Source: Actinomycetota bacterium (GTDB lineage: Bacteria > Actinomycetota > UBA4738 > CALAEC01). From it: DNA of 48,216 nt. The position numbers and the translations under genes are program-made. The stretch covers positions 1-48,216 of the forward strand of contig DASQUW010000029.1 in assembly GCA_035641075.1 (NCBI GenBank), written 5' to 3'. Positions within the stretch are counted from its first letter, which is position 1, and the number at the start of each line of letters is the position of its first letter. The notes under the pieces were generated by a model that worked only from the letters and a program-made list of their open reading frames with translations, searched no databases and had not been told where the DNA came from. Below, in pieces: positions 35,349 through 45,450 of the stretch.

Positions 35349-36290
35349 ATGGGCATGCTCGAAGGCAAGGTGGTCGCGGTCACCGGCGCGGGCCGGGGGA
35401 TCGGGAGGGGCGAGGCCCTACTGCTGGCGTCCGAGGGCGCTCGAGTCGTGGTGAACGACCTCGGCGGTGAATGGGACGGGACCGGCAGCGACTCTCGGCC
35501 GGCCTCGCAGGTGGTGGAGGAGATCACCGCTGGGGGTGGAGAGGCCGTGGGCCACTACGAGGACATCTCCGAGGTCACCGGGGCGGCGAGCCTCCTTCGG
35601 CTGGCCCTCGACACGTGGGGGAAGATCGACGGCCTGGTGAACAACGCCGGCATCCTCCGGGACCGGATGGTCTTCAACATGGCGCCGGAAGAGTGGGATG
35701 CGGTGATCAAGGTTCATCTTCGGGGCACGTTCCTGTGCACCAATGCCGTGTGCGCTCATTGGCGCGAGCGGTCCAAGGCCGGCGATCAGGTGTCCGGACG
35801 GATCGTGAACACCGCGAGCACCTCCGGCCTTCTGGGGATGGTCGGACAGTCGAACTACGGGGCGGCGAAGGCAGCGATCGCCGGCTTCACCCAGATCGTG
35901 TCGATGGAGATGGCCAGGTACGGCGTGACCGTGAACGCAATCGCGCCGGGGGCCCGCACCAGGATGACGGAGAAGACGTTCGGGGAGCTGAAGGTTCCTG
36001 AGGGCGAGTTCGATGCGCTCGCACCGGAAAACGTCGCTCCGATGGTCGCTTTCCTCTGCTCCGATGCCGCGGCGCACATCACCGGTCTGGTGTTCGGGGT
36101 CCAGGGCGGGCTGGTGCAGCTGTATCAGGGCTGGACCCCGGCGGCCGAGATCGACAAGGGCGACAGATGGGAGGTGGCCGAGCTGGCGAAGCGGATGGAC
36201 GAGCTGTTCGAGGGGCGTTCCTCCGCCTACACGCCACAGCGGTCACCCCTTCGACGCCTCGCCGGGATCGGCGACGACGGAACAGCTTGA
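35349..36290 (+). CDS. SDR-family oxidoreductase (HSD17B4/MFE-2 dehydrogenase-like)
   Basis: ATG 35349 follows GAGGAGGG. The motifs VVAVTGAGRGIGRG, NNAG and YGAAK are present. Confidence 0.9.
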   Translation: MGMLEGKVVAVTGAGRGIGRGEALLLASEGARVVVNDLGGEWDGTGSDSRPASQVVEEITAGGGEAVGHYEDISEVTGAASLLRLALDTWGKIDGLVNNAGILRDRMVFNMAPEEWDAVIKVHLRGTFLCTNAVCAHWRERSKAGDQVSGRIVNTASTSGLLGMVGQSNYGAAKAAIAGFTQIVSMEMARYGVTVNAIAPGARTRMTEKTFGELKVPEGEFDALAPENVAPMVAFLCSDAAAHITGLVFGVQGGLVQLYQGWTPAAEIDKGDRWEVAELAKRMDELFEGRSSAYTPQRSPLRRLAGIGDDGTA

Positions 36291-36291
36291 C

Positions 36292-36306
36292 CATGTGCAA
36301 CACATG
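36292..36306. promoter_or_regulatory. candidate VapB (RHH) operator
   Basis: CATGTG-caa-CACATG is a perfect inverted repeat. It lies directly after a TTGACC hexamer (36287-36292) and 16 nt upstream of the vapB ATG. A further GTGACATG follows. Confidence 0.35.
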
Positions 36307-36321
36307 TGACATGCTTCACGC

Positions 36322-36561
36322 ATGTCGAAGATGATCCAGGTCAGAAACGTCCCGGATCGGCTTCATCGTGAGCTCGTGAGGCGGGCGAGGAGACGCGGCC
36401 AGGCCCTGACGGACTACATCCAGGCGATCCTGGAGCGCGAAGTCGCCCGTCCTCCCGCTGAGGAGGTCATCGAACGCATCGTCCGGAGTGAGTCGGTCGA
36501 TCTCGGTCGCTCGGCCGCGGAGATCATCCGACACGAAAGATCAAGCAGGGAGGCTGGCTGA
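36322..36561 (+). CDS. vapB: ribbon-helix-helix (FitA/VapB-like) antitoxin
   Basis: 79 aa. MIQVRNVPDRLHRELVRRARRRGQALTDYIQAIL is a typical Arc/RHH N-terminus. It sits directly upstream of a PIN gene. Confidence 0.75.
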   Translation: MSKMIQVRNVPDRLHRELVRRARRRGQALTDYIQAILEREVARPPAEEVIERIVRSESVDLGRSAAEIIRHERSSREAG

Positions 36562-36572
36562 GCTCCGTCGTC

Positions 36573-36968
36573 GTGGATGCTTCCGCACTGGTGGAGTTCA
36601 TCCTTCAGACGCCCCGCGCAAGGCCGGTCGAGGCCACGATCCGGGACTCGGCCGTCGATCTCCACACCCCCGCACTCTGCGATGTGGAGTTCGCATCTGC
36701 CCTGCGAAGAGCTCTGAGGGAGGGCCTGATCCAAGAGGAGCGTTCGGAGGAGGCGTTGGGGAACTACCTCGATCTGCCGATCACCCGTCACGGGCATCAG
36801 CTGCTCCTTCCCAGGATCCTGGATCTGCGCCACAATCTCTCAGCCTACGATGCCGCCTACGTCGCCCTCGCGGAGCGGCTCGATGCAGAGCTGTTAACGG
36901 GGGACGGTGCTCTGGCGGCCGCGGCGAGAGAGCATGTCGGGATCCGGATTGTCAGACCCCCCTCCTAG
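36573..36968 (+). CDS. vapC: PIN-domain ribonuclease toxin
   Basis: 131 aa with a GTG start. It begins VDASALVEFIL (first acidic residue) and has conserved later acidic positions (...AYDAAYVALAERLDAELLTGD). Confidence 0.85.
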   Translation: MDASALVEFILQTPRARPVEATIRDSAVDLHTPALCDVEFASALRRALREGLIQEERSEEALGNYLDLPITRHGHQLLLPRILDLRHNLSAYDAAYVALAERLDAELLTGDGALAAAAREHVGIRIVRPPS

Positions 36969-36990
36969 AATCCTGGGCTGAGGTGATCGC

Positions 36991-37992
36991 ATGAGATTCC
37001 CCCTTGTTCCGACCGTGCTCCTGCTCTCGAGCGCGGCAGCCTGTGTCGCCCTGATCCTGGTCATGGTTCTGCGCAGACCGCGCGCGGACCGGACGAGCCT
37101 GACCCCGCTGGTGGAGGCCCAGTCGCTGCGTATCGATCGCCTGGCCGACGCGCTCAACAGACAGGCCCGGGATGAAGGAGACCTCCGCGGCGATCTGAGC
37201 AGGACCCGGGAGGTGCTGGAGTCGCTCCGTGCCCGGACCGAGGAGCGACAGCGGGCGGAGGAGGACGGCTGGCAGGCCATCCGACGGTTGGAAGCCGTCC
37301 TGCTCGGAAGCGCAACACGGGGCCGGGCGGGGGAGAACCTCCTTCACGAGGCCCTCTCCTCTCTCCCGCCCGGCATGGTGATCCGGGACTTCCAGGTGAA
37401 CGGCAAGCGCGTCGAGTTCGCCCTGGTGGTGCCCGACGGCCGCCGCCTCCCCATCGACTCGAAATGGGCCGCGCTTCGGGAGATCGAGACGCTGGAAGAA
37501 GAGGACGACCCGGTGGCCCGGGAAGCCGCCGCACGAAGAGTGGAGGAAGAGATCTCTCGGCGCGCCCGAGAAGTCGCCTCGTACCTCGACGCCTCGCTCA
37601 CCACGCCCTTCGCGGTGGCCTGCGTCCCCGACGCGGCGTATGCGGCGTGCCGACGAGCGCATGCCGACGCCTTCAGCAGGGGGGTCGTCCTGGTCCCCTA
37701 TTCGACGGCCCTTCCCGTGTTGCTTTCTCTCTTTGCCCTGGCGGCCCGGTACGGCGGCGCCGGAGACGGCCGAGAGTGCCTCGCGGAGCTGGAGACCCTC
37801 CTCGACTCCGTGGAGCAGACCCTGGAGAACAAGGTGGCCCGGGCCGCAACGATGTTGACGAATGCAGCCGACGAGCTTCGCACCCAGGTGGGACGGGCCC
37901 GGGGCGCGGTGGCGCGAGGCCGGGGAATCACGAGTGGTCCCGGAGCGGCTCTGGACCAGCCCGCCGAGAGGCTGAAGCTCTCGAGCCTGTAG
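36991..37992 (+). CDS. rmuC: DNA recombination protein RmuC
   Basis: 333 aa with an N-terminal TM helix, a coiled-coil, and the RmuC core GENLLHEALSSLPPG...EFALVVPDGRRLPIDSKW. Confidence 0.85.
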   Translation: MRFPLVPTVLLLSSAAACVALILVMVLRRPRADRTSLTPLVEAQSLRIDRLADALNRQARDEGDLRGDLSRTREVLESLRARTEERQRAEEDGWQAIRRLEAVLLGSATRGRAGENLLHEALSSLPPGMVIRDFQVNGKRVEFALVVPDGRRLPIDSKWAALREIETLEEEDDPVAREAAARRVEEEISRRAREVASYLDASLTTPFAVACVPDAAYAACRRAHADAFSRGVVLVPYSTALPVLLSLFALAARYGGAGDGRECLAELETLLDSVEQTLENKVARAATMLTNAADELRTQVGRARGAVARGRGITSGPGAALDQPAERLKLSSL

Positions 37993-38017
37993 TGCTCGGG
38001 GGAGTACGCTGCCGTCC

Positions 38018-38353
38018 GTGGACTTCGAGGAGGCCCTGGCCCAGCTCGGCTTCATCGAAGAGCGGTCCTCAAGGGACGTCCGTCATTTCGCCCTTCGTCC
38101 GAACCCGTTCCTGACGTATTGGGTACAGGTCCATGGCGACGGCGATGCCCTGTTCACGTGGGAATTTGCCATCGCCGAGTACATGGCCACCTTGGGGCTC
38201 CAGGTCGGGTCGGATGAGCGACTGAACACGTTTCTGTATCCGAGGGAGGACACTCGAGGACCTCAGGATCCCGCCTGGCTGGTCGAGCAGATCGATCGTG
38301 TGGAGGCGGTCCTCCGGTCGATCTCCTTCCTCGACCAGCCGTCCGGCTCCTGA
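38018..38353 (+). CDS. hypothetical protein
   Basis: 111-aa ORF with a GTG start. Its composition looks coding and it is not antisense to a better ORF. I recognised no motif. Confidence 0.45.
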   Translation: MDFEEALAQLGFIEERSSRDVRHFALRPNPFLTYWVQVHGDGDALFTWEFAIAEYMATLGLQVGSDERLNTFLYPREDTRGPQDPAWLVEQIDRVEAVLRSISFLDQPSGS

Positions 38354-38407
38354 ATCGCCGGACCGTCCGAAGCCACCCATTCGACATCGTTCGGCTACCC
38401 TTGAGAC

Positions 38408-39127
38408 GTGGTGGGATTCCGGCGTGCGCTGGTCGCCTTCGCTCATCCCGACGACGCCGAATTCACATGTGGCGGGACGATCGCGACGTGGACGAAGAAC
38501 GGAACCGAGGTCGCATACCTCTGCGTGAGCGATGGGTCCGCCGGCTGGAACGGCCCGGATCTCGGCCGGGAGGAAATCGCTCGGATCCGGGAAGAGGAGC
38601 TCAGGGAGGCGGCGGCGATCCTTGGGGTGGAGACGGTCGTCTTCCTCGGCTACCCCGACGGTTCCCTGGAGCCCACCCTGGACCTTCGGAGAGCCCTCAC
38701 CCGGGAGGTCCGGCGGTTCCGGCCCGACGTCATCGTGGCCCCCGATCCTTCGGCCCTCTGGAGCAAGGACCGGACCTACATCAACCATCCGGACCACCGA
38801 GCCGTGGGGGAGGCCATGCTCGCCGTCGTGGCGGTGGACGCCCCAACGCGTCCGCAATTTCCCGAGCTGCTCGGCGAGGGTCTCGAGCCCCACAAGGTTC
38901 CCGCCCTTTGGCTCCCCCTGTGGGGAGCCGATGGAGATACACGGGTGGATATCTCTGAGACGATCGACCTCAAGATAAAGGCCCTGCGTACCCACCAGAG
39001 CCAGGTGGAGAATATGGGCGACTTCGATGTCGATTCGAAGATGCGGGAGTACGCGGGCCGGGTCGGCGCCCACGGCGGCCTGGAGTATGCCGAGGCGTTC
39101 CGCACATTCAAGCTAGGCTGGGAGTAG
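38408..39127 (+). CDS. PIG-L/LmbE-family deacetylase (MshB/Mca-like)
   Basis: 239 aa. The AHPDDAE motif (VAFAHPDDAEFTCGG) and a downstream HPDH are present. Confidence 0.85.
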   Translation: MVGFRRALVAFAHPDDAEFTCGGTIATWTKNGTEVAYLCVSDGSAGWNGPDLGREEIARIREEELREAAAILGVETVVFLGYPDGSLEPTLDLRRALTREVRRFRPDVIVAPDPSALWSKDRTYINHPDHRAVGEAMLAVVAVDAPTRPQFPELLGEGLEPHKVPALWLPLWGADGDTRVDISETIDLKIKALRTHQSQVENMGDFDVDSKMREYAGRVGAHGGLEYAEAFRTFKLGWE

Positions 39128-39630
39128 TGGACGAAGAACAGAGCTTCGAGCCCCTCGACGGTGAGGAGCGCGAGAACATCGAGGCCGACCTGGTGGACCT
39201 GGAGGGGATGCGCTCGGTGTTCGAGGCCCAGGGGACCAAGGGCGTGATCATCGCCTGCCCCGAGTGCGGCTCCGATCACTACTACGGATGGGACCTCCTC
39301 CGGGAGAGCCTGGAGAACATGCTCGAGACCGGCGAACCCCGGATGCACGAGCCGGCCTTCGAACCGAAGGAGGAGGAATACGTCCTGTGGGACTACGGCA
39401 AGGGATACGTCGACGCGCTCGCCGACACGGGCCTCGACGGCGGGCACCACGTGGAGATCACCACCTGCGCTTGGTGTGAGACGCCGGTGGAACCGCACTT
39501 CACCTTCTGCCCCAGCTGTGGCCGAGGCCTAGCTCCGGTCCGCCTTCTCCAGGAGCTGATCGGGCGGGGGATGGAGGAGCGTGAGGCCCGGGCCCTCCTG
39601 GTGAAGGCGGGGTTCGAACCCTTCCCGTAA
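39127..39630 (+). CDS. DUF5319-like protein with C-terminal zinc-ribbon extension
   Basis: 167 aa. The GTG start overlaps the upstream TAG. The core is VIIACPECGSDHYYGWDLLRESL...RMHEPAFEPKEEEYVLWDYGKGY, followed by CAWC...CPSC. Confidence 0.6.
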   Translation: MDEEQSFEPLDGEERENIEADLVDLEGMRSVFEAQGTKGVIIACPECGSDHYYGWDLLRESLENMLETGEPRMHEPAFEPKEEEYVLWDYGKGYVDALADTGLDGGHHVEITTCAWCETPVEPHFTFCPSCGRGLAPVRLLQELIGRGMEEREARALLVKAGFEPFP

Positions 39631-39633
39631 GCC

Positions 39634-42093
39634 TCAGGAGGCCGGCCGCTCCAGGATGCAGTCGGCGGGAACCTTGTCCGGGCGGAGTCCCTTGAATGAC
39701 GGCGCGCGGAGCTTCCCGGCCTTCGTCATCTGGAGGTACTCGACCTCGCACACCAGCTCCGGCCGGACCCACCTCGCGCCCTTCACCGCCCGAAGCGCCG
39801 GATCCGAGATCGGGGGTTTCTTCGTCTCCAGCTCATTCAGCCTTCGCATGAGGTCGGCGAGGACCGGCTCGGTGAACCCCGTTCCCACCTGGCCGATCCA
39901 GATCAGCTCGCCGTCTCGGTACGCCCCCACCAGCAGCGACCCGAACGTCTCCGCTCGCGACCCCCCGCCGCGGGTCCACCCGAGCACCACGCAGTCCTGC
40001 CGGTTGACGGCCTTGATCTTCCGCCACTCCTTGGTCCGGCGGCCCGGGACGTACCTGCTCCCCAGCGTCTTGGCCACGACCCCCTCGAACCCGAGATCTT
40101 TCGCCGCGGCGAAGAACGCCTTTCCATCGCCTTCGGTGTACACGGTGAGCTTCATCGGCCCGGTGACCGTGACGACCTCCTCGAGCTGCCGCCGCCGTTC
40201 CTCGAGCGGCTCCTGCGTCAGATCCCGGCCATCGAGCCAGAGGAGGTCGAACACGAACAGCAGGACGGGGACCTTCGTCCGGGCCCGCTGGATCTCCCGG
40301 GGCGATGAGAGGTTCATCCGCTGTTGGAGTTGCTCGAACGACGGGCGCCCCTTCTCGTCCTCGGCCACGATCTCTCCGTCGATCACTGCCGAGAGCGCGT
40401 TCACGTACTCGGCCAGGTTGTCCAGCTCCGGGTACTGGGCCGACTGGTCTCGTCCGGTTCGCGATAGCAGACGGGTTGCGTCGGTGCTCACGTAGGCGAG
40501 GGTTCGGATCCCGTCGAGCTTCGGCTCGAATCGCCAGCTCTTGTCATCGAACGGCTCGCTCCACAGTTCCGCGAGCATCGGAGAGAACATGGGGGGAGGC
40601 TCGGGCTGCTCGGCCTCGGAGCTCTTCGACAGGAAGACCAGCCAATCCTGATTCGTCTTCACCAGGTGGTACTCCCCCCGGTGCCGGCTGCCCCGGAGCC
40701 TGAACGTGACCTTGTTGTCCTTCCATTCGATCGGCTCATAGGTTCCCCGGTCGAAGATGCGCACCTCGCCCGCACCGTAATGGCCCTTCGGGATCCACCC
40801 CTCGAAGCTCCCGTAATCGAGCGGATGGTCCTCGGTTCGGACCGCCAGCCGTTTCTCTCCGGGCGTGGTGGGGAGGCCGCGGGGGACGGCCCATGAAGCG
40901 AGAACGCCGTCCCGCTCCAACCTGAGGTCGTAGTGAAGCCTCGTGGCATTGTGCTTCTGGATCACGAACAGATTCCCGTTCCCTCCAGACGCCTCTGGGG
41001 GCGGCTCCGGTGTTCCCTCGAAATCGCGTTTGCGCTCGTATTCGCGGAGGCGCTTCTTGGCGTCCGGCGAACGCCTTGGCCTGGTGTTGTCCTGTTCGTC
41101 CTCGGCCTTCACCCCGAGCGCCTCGAGCGCCGGGCGAAGATCGATTGGTTCGTCGAGGACAGGACGGAAGAGGTCGCCCACTTCGGCGAGTCGGTCGTGA
41201 ACGTTCACGATGGTGAAGTCGCCCGGGGTGAACCCGGCCTCCACCTCCTCCCAGGTGACCGGGGTGGACACCGTCGCGCCCGGCTCGGGCCGGACGGAGT
41301 ACACGGCCGAGATGTTCGCGCCGCGTCGGTTCATGTTGTGGTCGATGAAGATCTTCCCGGTGCGTTTCTTGATGTCCCAGTCCATCGTTACCCGTTTCGG
41401 ATCGGCCTGGCGGATCGCTCGTCCCAGCGTTCTCACGAACGCGCGCACCTCGGAGTAGGAGGGCCCGAGCTGGATGGGGATGTAGATCTGCATGCCCGTG
41501 GCGCCCGAGCTCTTGGGGTACGACGGCAGTCCCAGAACGTCGAGGGCCGCTCGAACGTGGCGGGCCACCGCGAGGACGTCATCGAATGACGCCGGAGGGA
41601 ACGGGTCCAGGTCGAAGAAGAGATAGTCGGGCTGGTCTATGGAGGCGCACCGCGAATGCAGTGGGTGGAACTCGATCGCTCCGAGGTTCACCACGAACAG
41701 GAGCCCCGCGGGATCGTTCGCCATCAGGAAGTCGTTGTAGCCGAGGCGCGCCTCGTCGTCCTCGCTCTCGACGCGGCAGATGGGCATCCAGTCGGGAGTG
41801 TGCGATGGCGCGTTCTTCTCGTAGAAGTACGGTCCCTCTACCCCATCGGGCATCCGTTTCATCGTGAGGGGCCGTTCCTGGAGGTACGGCAGGAGATGGT
41901 CGGCGACATTGAAGTAGTAGGCAAGCAGGTCGCCCTTGGTGTACCTCTCCTTCGGCCAGAACACCTTGTCCAGGTTCGAGAGACGGAGCCGTCGGCCCCC
42001 TGCCTCCATCCACCACGTCTGGCCGTCCCGCTCCGCGGGAAGCGGTCGCGGTGTCGGCACCGTGAACGCGCCACCTGTCCTCTTCCTGGCCAC
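39634..42093 (-). CDS. ligD: multidomain ATP-dependent DNA ligase LigD (POL - phosphoesterase - ligase)
   Basis: The polymerase/primase N-terminus is RLRLSNLDKVFWP...FDLDP. The PE domain is FVIQKHNATRLHYDLRLE. Ligase motif I is EPKLDGIR. The start is GTG 42093 or ATG 42009. The first 159 aa of the listed ORF are Arg-rich read-through over the next gene. Confidence 0.95.
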   Translation of the reverse strand: MARKRTGGAFTVPTPRPLPAERDGQTWWMEAGGRRLRLSNLDKVFWPKERYTKGDLLAYYFNVADHLLPYLQERPLTMKRMPDGVEGPYFYEKNAPSHTPDWMPICRVESEDDEARLGYNDFLMANDPAGLLFVVNLGAIEFHPLHSRCASIDQPDYLFFDLDPFPPASFDDVLAVARHVRAALDVLGLPSYPKSSGATGMQIYIPIQLGPSYSEVRAFVRTLGRAIRQADPKRVTMDWDIKKRTGKIFIDHNMNRRGANISAVYSVRPEPGATVSTPVTWEEVEAGFTPGDFTIVNVHDRLAEVGDLFRPVLDEPIDLRPALEALGVKAEDEQDNTRPRRSPDAKKRLREYERKRDFEGTPEPPPEASGGNGNLFVIQKHNATRLHYDLRLERDGVLASWAVPRGLPTTPGEKRLAVRTEDHPLDYGSFEGWIPKGHYGAGEVRIFDRGTYEPIEWKDNKVTFRLRGSRHRGEYHLVKTNQDWLVFLSKSSEAEQPEPPPMFSPMLAELWSEPFDDKSWRFEPKLDGIRTLAYVSTDATRLLSRTGRDQSAQYPELDNLAEYVNALSAVIDGEIVAEDEKGRPSFEQLQQRMNLSSPREIQRARTKVPVLLFVFDLLWLDGRDLTQEPLEERRRQLEEVVTVTGPMKLTVYTEGDGKAFFAAAKDLGFEGVVAKTLGSRYVPGRRTKEWRKIKAVNRQDCVVLGWTRGGGSRAETFGSLLVGAYRDGELIWIGQVGTGFTEPVLADLMRRLNELETKKPPISDPALRAVKGARWVRPELVCEVEYLQMTKAGKLRAPSFKGLRPDKVPADCILERPAS

Positions 42094-42107
42094 GGGGTTG
42101 ATGGTAA

Positions 42108-42542
42108 CTAACGGGGCTGGTTCGGCTGCGTTGCCCCCGGTGATGACTGCACACTTGCGCTCCGGGTCCGCTCGAGCCTCTCGATGTCCCGATCGCGGGT
42201 GCGGATCGCGTACGCGGTCCCGGCGATGACGAGTATGCCGAGCATGGCCGCCGGGATGAAGGCCGATCGTTGGCCCCGGGCGGCCAGGACGATGAGCGCG
42301 AGCCCGAGAAGCGCCGCTGCCGTTCCGCCGAGCAGGAACGGAACGGCCTCTTCCGAGGGCGGCCGGGGCTCCATCGCCAGGCACTGGCGCCACGGCCGAG
42401 AGCTTGGCTCGTGACGGGTGGAGCACAGGTTCTCGGCGGCCACGGCCAGAGCGGCCGGGGATCTCGGGAGCAGGGCGTCGTTCACCACGTACACGATGCC
42501 GGCGGTCAGCGAGAGGATGAGGCCGACGAAAAGGACGACCAT
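42108..42542 (-). CDS. small three-helix membrane protein upstream of ligD
   Basis: 144 aa with three clear hydrophobic helices. It is preceded by GGGGGGGGAGA. Its stop lies 15 nt before the ligD GTG. Confidence 0.5.
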   Translation of the reverse strand: MVVLFVGLILSLTAGIVYVVNDALLPRSPAALAVAAENLCSTRHEPSSRPWRQCLAMEPRPPSEEAVPFLLGGTAAALLGLALIVLAARGQRSAFIPAAMLGILVIAGTAYAIRTRDRDIERLERTRSASVQSSPGATQPNQPR

Positions 42543-42732
42543 AGCCAGTCTCCCCCCCCACGTACCCCACCGGACCTGCTCGATACGCCGAACGATCGGG
42601 ACAAACCTCCCTTTGTGGAAGAGTGTTGCACGCGCCCCAATGCTCGTCTACCCACGTTCGTCCTACTTGAGCGGGGGTAGATGTCGGGCCCTGGGGATAA
42701 GATTAAGTTTCCGGCTTCCCTGGAGGTAACTC

Positions 42733-43551
42733 ATGAAGACGATGTGGAAAGGTGCCATCTCCTTCGGGCTGGTGTCCATACCGGTTCGGGTCTTCACCGC
42801 GACCGAGGAGAAGACGCTGCGGTTCAACCAGCTGCACGACAAGGACCACGGTCGCATCCGCTACAAGCGGGCGTGTGCCAAGGATGGCGAGGAGGTGCCT
42901 TACGAGAACATCGTCAGCGGGTACGAGTACGAGAAGGACCGCTACGTCGTGCTCACGGACGAGGATTTCGACGCCATCCCCGTCGAGTCCAGCCGGACCA
43001 TCGACATCGCCCAGTTCGTCGAGTCGGATGAGATCGATCCCCTCCTGTTCAAGAAGTCGTACTACCTCGCCCCCGAGGAGACCGGGCTCAAGGCCTACGC
43101 GCTCCTTCGCGAGGCCCTGAGCGACGACGGACGCGTGGGGATCGCCAAGGTCTCGTTCCGGGACAAGGAGCACCTGGCCACGATCCGTGTCCACGACAAG
43201 ATCCTGGTGCTGGAGACGATGTACTGGCCGGATGAGATCCGGGAGCCCGCATTCGAGGAGCTGGACAAGGACATCAAGATCAGGCCCCAGGAAGTGCAGA
43301 TGGCCAAGAGCCTCGTGGAGAACCTCACCGATGAATGGAACCCCGAGGAGTTCAAGGACGAGTACCGGGAAGCGCTGCTGAAGATCGTGGAGAAGAAGGT
43401 TGCCGGCGAGGAGATCGAGGTCATCGAGGCCCCCGAGCCCACCAAGGTGCTCGACCTCATGGAGGCGTTGAAGCAGAGCGTCGAATCGACCAAGAAGCAG
43501 AAGCGTCCCGCCAAGCGCGCCACTCCACGGAAGAAGGCGGCCGCCTCCTGA
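42733..43551 (+). CDS. ku: Ku protein (NHEJ DNA-end binding)
   Basis: 272 aa beginning MWKGAISFGLVSIPVRVFTAT, with a Lys-rich C-terminal tail. SD GGAGG lies 7 nt upstream. Confidence 0.95.
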   Translation: MKTMWKGAISFGLVSIPVRVFTATEEKTLRFNQLHDKDHGRIRYKRACAKDGEEVPYENIVSGYEYEKDRYVVLTDEDFDAIPVESSRTIDIAQFVESDEIDPLLFKKSYYLAPEETGLKAYALLREALSDDGRVGIAKVSFRDKEHLATIRVHDKILVLETMYWPDEIREPAFEELDKDIKIRPQEVQMAKSLVENLTDEWNPEEFKDEYREALLKIVEKKVAGEEIEVIEAPEPTKVLDLMEALKQSVESTKKQKRPAKRATPRKKAAAS

Positions 43552-43567
43552 CGGGATTTACCGAGAC

Positions 43568-43605
43568 GTAACACCCCGGAAAACACCCGGAAACCTGGCT
43601 GTCCT
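43568..43605 (+). promoter_or_regulatory. candidate GlnR-box array upstream of amt-glnK-glnD
   Basis: GTAAC-n6-GAAAA-n6-GAAAC-n6-GTCCT forms four pentamers at exact 11-nt phasing. It resembles the actinobacterial GlnR a-site/b-site consensus gTnAc-n6-GaAAc. Confidence 0.5.
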
Positions 43606-43638
43606 ACAAAGTCCCTGACCATCACGAGGGAGGGGACG

Positions 43639-45326
<1,688 letters not shown>

Positions 45327-45450
45327 GGCCGACCCCGAGGTCCTCGTAGAGGAGCCGGTCCCTCGACTGATCGGCGCCCTGCGCGCGCTGGAGCGCGCGT
45401 ACTCTCCCGGGCACCACGGGCGTTGGTCGGCCCGGCGGCGCAGCGGACTC

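Noticed and set aside
35192-35527. ATG 35527 or ATG 35356 as the tldD start
   Set aside because: Either start would add 55-112 Pro/Arg/Ser-rich residues and overlap the divergent SDR gene start at 35349. A strong SD sits instead in front of CTG 35191.
42094-42570. N-terminal 159-aa extension of LigD in the listed 978-aa ORF
   Set aside because: The extension is Arg-rich with no Pol-domain similarity. It overlaps a better membrane-protein ORF in another frame. LigD homology begins near RLRLSNLDKVFWP.
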